Shown: positions 49,514-59,294 of the stretch, in pieces
How the letters are laid out: each line of letters starts with the position of its first letter
Numbering within the stretch: position 1 is the first letter of the stretch
Source: Myxococcota bacterium
GTDB lineage: Bacteria > Myxococcota_A > UBA796 > CAJQPC01
Assembly (NCBI GenBank): GCA_036229005.1
Contig: JAZAMN010000011.1
Span: 160,001 to 224,000, forward strand
Direction: 5' to 3'
Length of the DNA stretch: 64,000 bases
Translations under genes and position numbers: made by a program
Notes under the pieces: generated by a model
Told to the model about the DNA's origin: nothing
Databases searched by the model: none
Seen by the model: the letters and a program-made list of their open reading frames with translations, nothing else

Positions 49514-50080
49514 TTAACGCAGCCCCTCGTAGCGGCGCAACTCAAGCAGCAGCGCGCTCGCGGGCTTTCCGGCCAGCACAGCCAGTGCTGCTCTCGGTCC
49601 CTTGCCGATCCTCTGCCCCAAGGCCTCCCGGTCCATCGGAAGCTGGGCTACCGGAAGTTCACCTGCTCGTCGCCTGAGATCCTCCACCAGGCGGGGAGAT
49701 GCATCGCTCGCCAGGAGCACACCCCGGGCCTTCCCAGACGAGATCGCTCCGCGCACGCCGTCCTTCCCCCCCTGCAGCAGCCCAGCGCGCGCCGCGATGC
49801 TGAGGAGATCCTCCACCGCCTTGGCGTTGGCCAGGCGGACCTGCTCCAGCAGGCCCGTCGTGTCGCAGCGACCATTCAGCGGCCGAAAGAGGATGCCCGG
49901 GGACTTCTGCAGGCGCTCCAGAGCATCCGTGGTGGGCGTCACCCAGGCCCCGCGGCCCTTGAGACGCCCGCGGTAGTCGCAGAAGACGCGCCCGTCCGGA
50001 GCCCGGACCAGCCGGACAAGACCTCGTCGGTCTTCAACGCTGCGCGTCACCACGCAGCGCCTTTGGACGGGCGCACTCAC
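49514..50080 (-). CDS. YlxR (DUF448)-L7Ae fusion protein
   Basis: RRCVVTR...GRGAWV (YlxR) followed by ARAG...LASDAS...LGQRIGK (L7Ae/YlxQ-like). Confidence 0.85.
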   Translation of the reverse strand: MSAPVQRRCVVTRSVEDRRGLVRLVRAPDGRVFCDYRGRLKGRGAWVTPTTDALERLQKSPGILFRPLNGRCDTTGLLEQVRLANAKAVEDLLSIAARAGLLQGGKDGVRGAISSGKARGVLLASDASPRLVEDLRRRAGELPVAQLPMDREALGQRIGKGPRAALAVLAGKPASALLLELRRYEGLR

Positions 50081-50086
50081 TGGGAC

Positions 50087-51407
<1,321 letters not shown>

Positions 51408-51418
<11 letters not shown>

Positions 51419-51941
51419 CGTTCAACTCCGTATCCAGGCGGACCCGCGGGGGCGGATCGGTGCCCAGGGCTTGGTACTCGTCAAGATCCAACACGAGGTT
51501 GGCCTTCTCGATGAGGTCGAACTCCAGGTCATGGACCTGTCCGTCCACCTCGATGCGAACCGTCTTTGCTTCCAGCCCGCGCAGCACGCCGGAGTAGCGG
51601 CGCCGCTCGGGGCCCTCCTCCAGGCGGATGCGCGCCCGGTAGCCCTCAAAGCGCGCGAAGTCCTCGATGCGCTGCAGGGGCCGCTCGATCCCAGGCGAGG
51701 ACACCTCGAGCTGGTAGGCGCCGGAGATGGGGTCCTCGACGTCCAGGACCGGCCCCAGGGTGCGCGTGAGCTGCGAGAGGTGGTCCATGTTGATGCCGCC
51801 GACCCGGTCTGCGTAGATGCGCAGGGTCAAGCGACCGCTCACCTGGGTGAGCTCAACGGCCACCAGCTCATAGCCGTCGGCCTCGACCACCGGCTCCAGC
51901 ACGTCGAAGAGCTCGCGCTGACGGAGGACCTGGCTGTTCAT
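51408..51941 (-). CDS. rimP: Ribosome maturation factor RimP
   Basis: LDVEDPI...[14 protein letters not shown]; upstream of nusA. Confidence 0.95.
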
Positions 51942-51960
51942 GGGCACCGACCTTTTGGCC

Positions 51961-51991
51961 AAAGAAAAAGGGCCGCCCCGAAGGGCCGCCC
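51961..51991 (-). promoter_or_regulatory. rimP leader attenuator-like hairpin
   Basis: GGGCGGCCC-TTCG-GGGCGGCCC (one G-G mismatch) followed by TTTTTCTTT just upstream of rimP. Confidence 0.6.
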
Positions 51992-52015
51992 CGATTGGAA
52001 GCGGAAGTGTGGCGG

Positions 52016-52045
52016 AGCCTATAGCTCGGCCAGCGCTGCTGTCAA
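52016..52045 (-). promoter_or_regulatory. Putative sigma70 promoter for rimP-nusA-infB
   Basis: TTGACA-18 nt-TAGGCT. Confidence 0.55.
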
Positions 52046-52073
52046 TGGACAGGGGCCCAGATCCCCCATGGGA

Positions 52074-52907
52074 TCAGCCCTTGAGAAGCGCCTTGGCGTC
52101 CTTGGCCGCCTGGGTTCCGGGGTAGCGATCGACCACGTCCTGCCAGAACAGCTCCGCCTCGGCCCGCTGCCCCAGCTCCTGGAAGCACTCCCCTTGCCGG
52201 ACCATCGCCCAGGGCGCCCAGTCGCTGTCCGGGTGCTTGGAGACCACGTCCTCGAAGGCCAGGATCGCCCGCTGGTACTGCTTCTCGTTGTACCAGCTCT
52301 CGGCCAGGCGGTAGCGCGCCTTGGCGGCCAGCGGGTCCTTGGGGGCCTCCCGCAGCAGGCGTTCCAGCAAGGCCCGGGCGACCGCCGGCTTGTTCGCGGC
52401 CAGCGCGTCCTCGGCTTTGGCCAGGAGCTCCGCGGGCTCCGTGGGGAGCTCGACCTCAGACGGTGTGCCATCGCTGTTGAGCACCTCCCCGTCCTCTCCG
52501 ACCTCCAGACCTGTCTCTCCCGGGGGCTGCGGCGGCTCCAGGCCAAGCTGGCGCTCCAGCTCGGCGACGCGGAGCTCCAGGTACTCCAGGCGGAAGGCCA
52601 CGTCCTCGTCCAGGGCGCTGCGCTGCTCCGCGGCCTGCTCGGCGGCGAACTCGGCCTCCTCGATGGCGCCACGCAGCTTCTGGAGCTCCGTCTGGACCTG
52701 ATCCAGGTTCTCCAGCTTCTCGGCCTCCTGCTGGCCCCGGTAGCGGTTGATCTCCTCGAGCTGATCCACCCGCCGCTGCAGGGTCTGGGCCTCGCTCTCC
52801 AGGGCCTCGGTGTGCGTGGCCTGCAAGGCCAGCTCCCGCTCATAGGCCGCCGTCGCGCTCTGCCCGGTCCGATCGAGCACACATGCCAATGCAAGCAGGA
52901 TCATCAT
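52074..52907 (-). CDS. cpoB: Tol-Pal system protein CpoB/YbgF-like (coiled coil plus TPR)
   Basis: Coiled-coil N-terminus, ARYRLAESWY...YP.T.AA TPRs, coupled to a pal-like gene. Confidence 0.8.
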   Translation of the reverse strand: MMILLALACVLDRTGQSATAAYERELALQATHTEALESEAQTLQRRVDQLEEINRYRGQQEAEKLENLDQVQTELQKLRGAIEEAEFAAEQAAEQRSALDEDVAFRLEYLELRVAELERQLGLEPPQPPGETGLEVGEDGEVLNSDGTPSEVELPTEPAELLAKAEDALAANKPAVARALLERLLREAPKDPLAAKARYRLAESWYNEKQYQRAILAFEDVVSKHPDSDWAPWAMVRQGECFQELGQRAEAELFWQDVVDRYPGTQAAKDAKALLKG

Positions 52908-53659
52908 CGCTCCACCACCAGCTCGACGCGTCGGTTCCGAGCCCAGGCGGCCTCGCTGTGGCCACTCTCCAGGGGGCGCTCTTCGCCGTAGCTGCGCGAT
53001 TGGAGGCGGCTGGGCGAGAGGCCCTGGGAGATCAGGTAGCCCCGGACCTGCTCGGCCCGTCGCTGCCCCAGCGCGAGGTTGTATTCGGTGGTGCCCCGCT
53101 CATCGCAGTGCCCGTCCAGCCAGACCGTCCCGGGGGCCTGCTGGAGACAGGGGATCAAGGCGTCCAGCTCGGACTTGGAGCCGCTGCTCAGCCGCGAGCT
53201 GTCGAACTCGAACCAGACCATCGCGCCGTCGCACTGGGCCAGCAGATCGGCCTGTCCCTGGCTGTCGTCCTGGATGCTCAGACCGGAGCGCAAGACGCTG
53301 CGGTCGCCGTCGGGGTTGATCACCCACACATCCCAGCCCCCCGCCGTCATGGGCGGCACCGTGACCTGAAGGCGGTTGCTGTCCGTGACGCTCACGCGCG
53401 CGGCCTCGATGTCCTCGCCGAAGCGAACCCGCGCCCCCTGCATGAACTCGGACCCATAGACCGTGGCGGTGAAGGACTCCCCCGCCGCGTGCCAGGCTGG
53501 GTCGATGCTCACGACCTGAAGCTGCTCGCGGGCGGGCTTCTCGATGGGGTCCTCGATCGGCTCGATCTCCGTCTCCCCTGTGCGGCAGCGGGCCGCCATG
53601 CTCAGGGGGAGGAGCAGGCCCACCAACAGGAGGCGACCAGCGCGGCTTGACATCATCAC
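52904..53659 (-). CDS. Pal/OmpA-family peptidoglycan-binding protein with an IPT/TIG domain
   Basis: FEFDSSRL, GHCDERGTTEYNLALGQRRA, SYGEERP, NRRVE; N-terminal VVSIDP...YGSEF...VINPDG Ig-like segment. Confidence 0.88.
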   Translation of the reverse strand: MMMSSRAGRLLLVGLLLPLSMAARCRTGETEIEPIEDPIEKPAREQLQVVSIDPAWHAAGESFTATVYGSEFMQGARVRFGEDIEAARVSVTDSNRLQVTVPPMTAGGWDVWVINPDGDRSVLRSGLSIQDDSQGQADLLAQCDGAMVWFEFDSSRLSSGSKSELDALIPCLQQAPGTVWLDGHCDERGTTEYNLALGQRRAEQVRGYLISQGLSPSRLQSRSYGEERPLESGHSEAAWARNRRVELVVER

Positions 53660-53713
53660 TCCCGGGAGGCGGCGTCGCGCTATGCAGGCGCACGGACCCT
53701 CCTTGGGAGGCTA

Positions 53714-55009
53714 TTGGTGCGCTCTTGGCATGTCAAGGCTCCGTTGAGGGGCCCCCTGCCCCTGGTGACAGGCGTCGCTCTCTGCGTTGGCATCGCGATC
53801 CTGACGGCGGGGAGCGGAGATCTCTCCGCCTCGGTCGGCCGACTCCTACCGCTCTGGCTCCTGTGGTCCGCGGGCGCCGCGCTGGCTGCATTCCACCAGC
53901 GAGGACAGGCTGTCCTCTCCCCTGCCCTCCTGGCGGTCGGCATTGCGCTCCGGGGACTGATGCTGGGGTCCCCCGCGAGCCTGTCCGACGACCTGTGGCG
54001 ATACCTGTGGGAGGGTCGGGTGCTGCTCTCCGGCGAGAACCCCTTCTCGCTGGCGCCCAACGCCCCCGAGCTGCTCGCCCTCCGCAACGACACCTGGGCC
54101 CAGGTCGCCCACCGCGACATCCCCAGCATCTATCCCCCCCTGGCCCAGAGCCTCTTCGCGGCCCTCTCCGCGCTCTACGAGGCCCCGATCTCGTGGAAGC
54201 TGCTGTCCGGCGCCGCCGACGTCGGGACCCTCTGGATGCTCGCCAAGGGCGCCCGACAGCGCGGCATCCCGGCCTGGGCGCCCACCCTCTACGCCCTGCA
54301 CCCCCTCCCCATCCTGGAGACCGCGGGCTCCGGCCACCTGGAGGGCGTCGCGCTCTTCTTCGCCGCGTGGGCCCTCACCCAGGAGCCCGGCCGCGCCAGC
54401 TTCCTCTCGGGGCTGGGCGCTGGGGTCAAGGTGCTCCCGGGTGCCCTCTGGATCCCCCTGCTCCGCTCCGCCCCAAAGCGCGCCGCGTTGGGCGCTGGGC
54501 TCGCGCTCCTCGTGCTCACCGCCGCGTCCCTCCCCCTGCTCGATGCCGGCCCCGCGCTGCTCGGTGGGTTCGGCAGCTACTACACGCACTGGGGCTTCAA
54601 CGCCTCCCTCTTCAACCTGCTCCGTCCCCTGGGAGCGGCTGCGCGCCCCGTCGGTACGCTGCTCGGCGCGGGCTTCGTCGGGTGGGCCGCCTGGCGCCTG
54701 AGGGACCCGGCCGCGTTCTTCCTGGCGGTGACCGGCGCCTTGGTGCTGCTCTCTCCGGTGGTCCACCCCTGGTACCTGCTGTGGCCTCTGCTCCCCGCGC
54801 TGCTCCGGGGCCGCTGGGAGTGGGCGGTGCTCGCGTCGACGGGGCTGCTCTCCTACGCGGTGCTCGCCGGCTACGATGGCCACCCGGAGACCTGGAAGGA
54901 GCCAGCATGGGTGGTGTGGGCCGAGTACCTGCCAGCAGCGGCGGCTGCGCTGTGGGCCTCTCGCCAGAGGCGCTCTTTGGGGGCTGGAGAGGATCCGGGC
55001 GCACCCTGA
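53714..55009 (+). CDS. Polytopic GT-C glycosyltransferase (GT87/DUF2029-like)
   Basis: SDDLWRYLWEG, NPF, SIYPP, GHLE, VHPWY motifs; many TM helices; start uncertain. Confidence 0.8.
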   Translation: MVRSWHVKAPLRGPLPLVTGVALCVGIAILTAGSGDLSASVGRLLPLWLLWSAGAALAAFHQRGQAVLSPALLAVGIALRGLMLGSPASLSDDLWRYLWEGRVLLSGENPFSLAPNAPELLALRNDTWAQVAHRDIPSIYPPLAQSLFAALSALYEAPISWKLLSGAADVGTLWMLAKGARQRGIPAWAPTLYALHPLPILETAGSGHLEGVALFFAAWALTQEPGRASFLSGLGAGVKVLPGALWIPLLRSAPKRAALGAGLALLVLTAASLPLLDAGPALLGGFGSYYTHWGFNASLFNLLRPLGAAARPVGTLLGAGFVGWAAWRLRDPAAFFLAVTGALVLLSPVVHPWYLLWPLLPALLRGRWEWAVLASTGLLSYAVLAGYDGHPETWKEPAWVVWAEYLPAAAAALWASRQRRSLGAGEDPGAP

Positions 55010-56064
55010 TCTGCGTGCCCGACCTCACCCGCGCGGTGGACGTGGGACGGGCCCTCCAGGCCCTGCTCCCCAGACTGGAGGGCCCAAGCGAGGTGCTCGT
55101 TGGCCTGGGTCTCCACCGCCCCATGACCGACGCCGAGCTCGCTCCCCTCCGGGCGGCCTGCCCCTGGCCCATCCGTCAGCACGACCCGGATCGCTGCGTC
55201 CCTCTGGGCGGCCCCCTGCGCCTCGCCTCGGCCCCGCATGCCGAGGCCCTGCCGCCCATACCCGCCAGGGTCAGCGAGCACATGGACGGCATCGACACCC
55301 TGGTGCAGGTTGGCTGCGTGGAGCTGCACCAGTACGCGGGCTTCTCCGGCGGGCACAAGGCCACCGTGGTGGGCGCCGGCGGCCGCGAGACCCTCAGCGC
55401 CCTCCACTCCCGAGCGATGGTCTGCGACCCCCGGGTCCAGGTCGGCAAGGTCGGGGACAACCCCTTCCGCGAGGCGATCGACACGCTGGGGGCGCGCCTG
55501 GAGGCCCGGCTCGCGCAGCCGTCATTGGCGATGCAGTGGCTGCACGATGGCCGCTGGGTGGTCGGGCCGACCCAGGCGGCGTTCAGCCTCGCGGCGGAGC
55601 TGACGCGGTCATGGATCGCAGTGCCTCGCCGATGGGACCGGGTGTTGCTGCGTGTTCCGCGGATCAAGGCGAGTAGTTTCTATCAGGCATCCCGAGCAGC
55701 GACCTACCTGGCTCTCTCCCCCTCCCCTCCCCTGAATCCAGGGGCGGAGCTGATCCTGGAGGCGGCGTGTCCCGAGGGCATGGGGCGCGGTCCTGGTGAG
55801 CAGGCCTTCGCGGCGCTGATGGGGGAGACGCCGGCGCCTTGGGGGAGCTTGCTGAGCGGACCGGTTCCGCGGGGGGCGGGGATCCAGCGGGCCTTCATGC
55901 TGGCGAGGCTGGCCGCTCGCTATCGGCTGCGGGTGGTGGGCTGTGAGCGCGCTCAGGAGCTGAGGGAGCACGGGATCGAGGCGCAGTCGGCGCCGTGGAC
56001 GCCGGATGCGGAGACGCTGGTGGTGGAGCACCCCTTCCAGCGCCTGCCCCAGGTCGGAAGCTGA
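54952..56064 (+). CDS. LarA (lactate racemase/DUF2088) family protein
   Basis: VPDLTR, GLHRPMT, QHD, HQYAGFSGGHK, CPEG motifs; start uncertain (54907 or 54952). Confidence 0.8.
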   Translation: MGLSPEALFGGWRGSGRTLICVPDLTRAVDVGRALQALLPRLEGPSEVLVGLGLHRPMTDAELAPLRAACPWPIRQHDPDRCVPLGGPLRLASAPHAEALPPIPARVSEHMDGIDTLVQVGCVELHQYAGFSGGHKATVVGAGGRETLSALHSRAMVCDPRVQVGKVGDNPFREAIDTLGARLEARLAQPSLAMQWLHDGRWVVGPTQAAFSLAAELTRSWIAVPRRWDRVLLRVPRIKASSFYQASRAATYLALSPSPPLNPGAELILEAACPEGMGRGPGEQAFAALMGETPAPWGSLLSGPVPRGAGIQRAFMLARLAARYRLRVVGCERAQELREHGIEAQSAPWTPDAETLVVEHPFQRLPQVGS

Positions 56065-57463
56065 ACCAGGCCACCCCCCAGAAGCCACTGAGCAGGAGCG
56101 CCTGAAGCCCAAGCGCAGGCCAGTAGCTGAGGTCGAAGGCCAGGAGCACGCCGACCAGATGGTAGAGGGCCAGCCCCGCCTCCAGTACGACGCTCCAGTG
56201 GCCGGGCATGCGGTAGCTGGAGCGTTCGGCGTCGCCGGCCTTGGGGGTGCGGACGAAGGGCGAGCGCTGGCCGCGGAGGGCCTCGATCACCGCGCGGCTC
56301 TGGTTGATGGCCATGCCCATCCCCAGAGCCATCACCCCAGGGATTCGCAGCAGGCGACGGGGCCAGTCGCGGTACACGGCGAGCTGCGAGCTGCCGTAGA
56401 AGAAGAGCACTCCCACCGTGGCGAGCAGGAAGAAGGGCAGGTCCAGCCAGGCCATGGGGACGTCCTCCTGACCGCGGATCCAGACCGCCAGGGGGGTCAG
56501 CAGGGTCAGCAGGACGAGGGGTGGGTAGGCCAGGTTGTTGGAGAGGTGCAGGAGCGCCTCGGCCTTCACCCGCAGCGGGATGGGGGCGCGCGCCAGGGTG
56601 GGCCCCAGCTTGAGCAGGGTCTGGATGGAGCCCTTGGCCCAGCGGTGCTGCTGGGACTTGAAGGCGCGCAGGCTGGGAGGGAGTTCGGCGGGGACGACGA
56701 CCTGGGGCAGGTAGACAAAGCGCCAGCCCTGGAGCTGGGCCCGGTAGGAGAGATCCAGGTCCTCCGTGAGGGTGTCGTGCTGCCAGCCCCCGGCGCTCTC
56801 GATGGTCTCCCGGCGCCAGATGCCGGCGGTCCCGTTGAAGTTGAACCAGCGCCCTGAGCGGTGGCGAGCGGTGTGTTCGATCACAAAGTGGCCGTCCAGG
56901 AGCACGGCCTCCAACCGGGTGAGCAAGCTGGCGTGATCATTGGCGTGTCCCCAGCGCGCCTGCACCATGCCCACCCCCGGCCCAAAGTGCGGCATCGCCC
57001 GCAACAGGAAGTCGTGGGGCGGCAGGAAGTCCGCGTCGAAGATGGCGATGAACTCCCCCCTCACGAGGGGCATCGCGTCCTGGAGCGCCCCAGCCTTGAA
57101 GCCCTGGCGGTCCTCCCGGTGGTGGAGCTGGATGTCGACGCCCTGGGCCTGCCAGCGCTCGACGGCCTGCATCGCGCGCTCGGTGGTGTCGTCGGTGGAG
57201 TCGTCCAGGACCTGGATCTGGAGGGGCCCTGGGTAGGAGAGCTTGCAGGCGTGGTCCACCAGACGGCCCACCACATCGCGCTCGTTGAAGACTGGAAGCT
57301 GAATGGTCACCGCCGGCCACGTCGAGGTCATCCTGGGCTCGGGCCGCTCGGACCACCGCCACCAGAAGCTCGCCGTCAGCCCCGCTCGGTGGGCACCAAA
57401 GAGGGAGAGCGCCGCGGCGCACGCGCCGTAGGTCCCCAGCACTGCGAGCTGCCAGATCTGCAT
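55895..57463 (-). CDS. Processive GT2 glycosyltransferase (cellulose synthase-like)
   Basis: QLPVFNE, LDDS, FKAG, FDADF, TEDLD, QQHRW motifs plus TM helices; ATG 57463. Confidence 0.93.
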   Translation of the reverse strand: MQIWQLAVLGTYGACAAALSLFGAHRAGLTASFWWRWSERPEPRMTSTWPAVTIQLPVFNERDVVGRLVDHACKLSYPGPLQIQVLDDSTDDTTERAMQAVERWQAQGVDIQLHHREDRQGFKAGALQDAMPLVRGEFIAIFDADFLPPHDFLLRAMPHFGPGVGMVQARWGHANDHASLLTRLEAVLLDGHFVIEHTARHRSGRWFNFNGTAGIWRRETIESAGGWQHDTLTEDLDLSYRAQLQGWRFVYLPQVVVPAELPPSLRAFKSQQHRWAKGSIQTLLKLGPTLARAPIPLRVKAEALLHLSNNLAYPPLVLLTLLTPLAVWIRGQEDVPMAWLDLPFFLLATVGVLFFYGSSQLAVYRDWPRRLLRIPGVMALGMGMAINQSRAVIEALRGQRSPFVRTPKAGDAERSSYRMPGHWSVVLEAGLALYHLVGVLLAFDLSYWPALGLQALLLSGFWGVAWFSFRPGAGAGRGAPPPASPHPASTAPTAPRSRAPSAPERAHSPPPAADSERPASPA

Positions 57464-57528
57464 GGCCGGGGCTCTAACCGGAGCCTGGGCGGGAGGACCG
57501 GATGCGACGATCTGGCGCAACCGGGCTT

Positions 57529-57695
57529 GAACGCGACACGGGGCTGCGCAAGTGGGTCCGAATGCAACGGTGGCTCGCGCAAGTGGGCCCGAACGCAACA
57601 GCGAATTGCGCAACCCAAGCTCAACGCAACAAGGGGCTACGCAAGTGGCTCTGAACGCAACAAGGGCCGACGCAAGTCGGACTGAACGCAACACG
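57529..57695 (+). repeat. Tandem array of degenerate 31-bp units (5 full plus 1 partial)
   Basis: Units start at 57529, 57560, 57591, 57622, 57653, 57684; consensus GAACGCAACA-N7-(G/A)CGCAAGTG-N5. Confidence 0.92.
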
Positions 57696-57715
57696 AGAGA
57701 ACCAGGCGCGGACCA

Positions 57716-57835
57716 CGTGTTGCATTCGCTGGCACTTGCGCGGCGCCCGGTTGCGTTCGCTGGCACTTGCGCGGCGGCATGTTGCGTTCACTGGCACTTG
57801 CGCGGCGGCATGTTGCGTTCGCCCATTCTTGCGCA
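57716..57835 (-). repeat. Second array of the same 31-bp unit in inverted orientation
   Basis: TTGC(G/A)TTC ends at 57727, 57758, 57789, 57820; CACTTGCG at 57733, 57764, 57795. Confidence 0.92.
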
Positions 57836-58189
57836 GCCCGACCGCCCTGATTGCCCCCAACCGGCACTTGCGGAGGCCGCCGACCGGGCCTAGACTCCTT
57901 GTGGGATTCCTGCCTGGTGCGAATCAAGGCCCGGAATGCTGTTCCTCCGTACTTGTTTCCTTCTGGAGACTGATCTTTTGCTGCTTGTGCATGCCCTCAA
58001 GGCAGGGAAGCCGTCCGGCAGCAAGTCGTCCCCTCTCTTTACTGAGAGGAGGACTGCACCGAGCCGTACGGCCGAGGTGGTGTCCCAGTTCCCCCCGACC
58101 CTGAGCCTGTGAGCCGGTCGAGGGGGAGCATCTCCTTTTCGTGAACCCCCAGGCGTCCGAAGGGTCCCATAGGGAACACGGAGACCCTG

Positions 58190-59164
58190 ATGTTGCTGCT
58201 TCTGCTCGCCTGCCTGCATCACCTGCCCGAGCCCGTTGGGGGCTACCAGGCCCAGCGCCACGCGCCCCCCGCCAGTCTGGCCGAGGTCTTCGCGAAGCAG
58301 GACCCCCAAGCTGTCTACGACGAGGCGGTCGCCCGGCGCATGGACGGCGACTTCCAGGGGGCCATCGAGCGGCTGGCCTGGCTCTCTCTGCGGGACCCGA
58401 GTCCGCGGGTGCTCTACCAACTCGGCATCGCCCATGAACTCGGCGGCGAACCCCACGAGGCCCTGGCGGTCTACGACCAGCTCCTGCTGAGCGAGCCGGG
58501 CCCTGACTGGGAGCGGGACGCCAGCTTCAGGCGCGGTCTCTGCTTTGAGGACCTGGGGGACTGGGAGGCCGCCTACGCTCAGTACCAAGCCATCCCCGCC
58601 CGCGGTCTCGACGGCGAGGAGCTGTGGACCCTGCAGATCTCGCGCGCCATCACAGAGCTCCACACCAACCGGACCCGCGCTGGCCGTCGACACCTGGAGC
58701 GCACTCTGGGCGCCAGCGAGGACACCAGCATCACCTGGATCCGGGCCAAGGGCTGGTACCACCTGATGCTGGACAGCCTGGCGGAGCCCACGCCCCTGGC
58801 ACAGCCCACCGAGCGCAAGCAGGTCAAGGCCTTGCGGGCTCGGGCTGGACAGCTCGTGGACGCCGAACGCGAGCTCGTGCAGATCGTCCACCTCAAGGAG
58901 CCTGAGTTCATCCTGGCGGGCCTGCTCGGCCTGGGGGATGGCTACGCCTCTCTGGCCATCGATCTGGCCGCGCTCCCCGCCCCCGAGGGGCTGAGCGACG
59001 ACGTGCTGGCCCTCTACCAACGGGGCGTCACCGAAAAGGTCAACACCCTGCGCCGCAAGGCTTGGGAGTGCTACGACCAGGGGCTGGTGGTGGCGGGGAC
59101 CTTTGGGCTGGAGGGGGAGCAGGTGGAGGTGTTGATGGTGCGGCGGGAGGGGCTGGGGTTGTGA
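58190..59164 (+). CDS. TPR lipoprotein
   Basis: MLLLLLAC lipobox with GGAG SD; VLYQLGIAHE and ASFRRGLCFEDLGDW TPR motifs. Confidence 0.78.
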   Translation: MLLLLLACLHHLPEPVGGYQAQRHAPPASLAEVFAKQDPQAVYDEAVARRMDGDFQGAIERLAWLSLRDPSPRVLYQLGIAHELGGEPHEALAVYDQLLLSEPGPDWERDASFRRGLCFEDLGDWEAAYAQYQAIPARGLDGEELWTLQISRAITELHTNRTRAGRRHLERTLGASEDTSITWIRAKGWYHLMLDSLAEPTPLAQPTERKQVKALRARAGQLVDAERELVQIVHLKEPEFILAGLLGLGDGYASLAIDLAALPAPEGLSDDVLALYQRGVTEKVNTLRRKAWECYDQGLVVAGTFGLEGEQVEVLMVRREGLGL

Positions 59165-59294
59165 CCCTCCCACATCTGAGTTCCGCCACCGACCTGCAGA
59201 GATCCCGGTAGCGAAGCCCCGTCCCACGGGCGTCGAGACTATCTTAGGTACATCTGCCGGCGTGACCGGTGTAGGGTCGCCTGCAGGAGGCAAC

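Noticed and set aside
57529..57835. CRISPR array
   Set aside because: The whole period is 31 bp with only 5-7 bp variable segments, orientation flips midway, and there are no cas genes.
57376..58104. Short ORFs over the repeat array and the upstream extension of the GT2 ORF to 57766
   Set aside because: A 31-bp period breaks frame each unit, and the translations are repeat-derived without SD or coding bias.
57960..58140. Cobalamin or glycine riboswitch
   Set aside because: Only isolated fragments (AGGGAAG, CTGGAGA) match; the other conserved boxes are absent.
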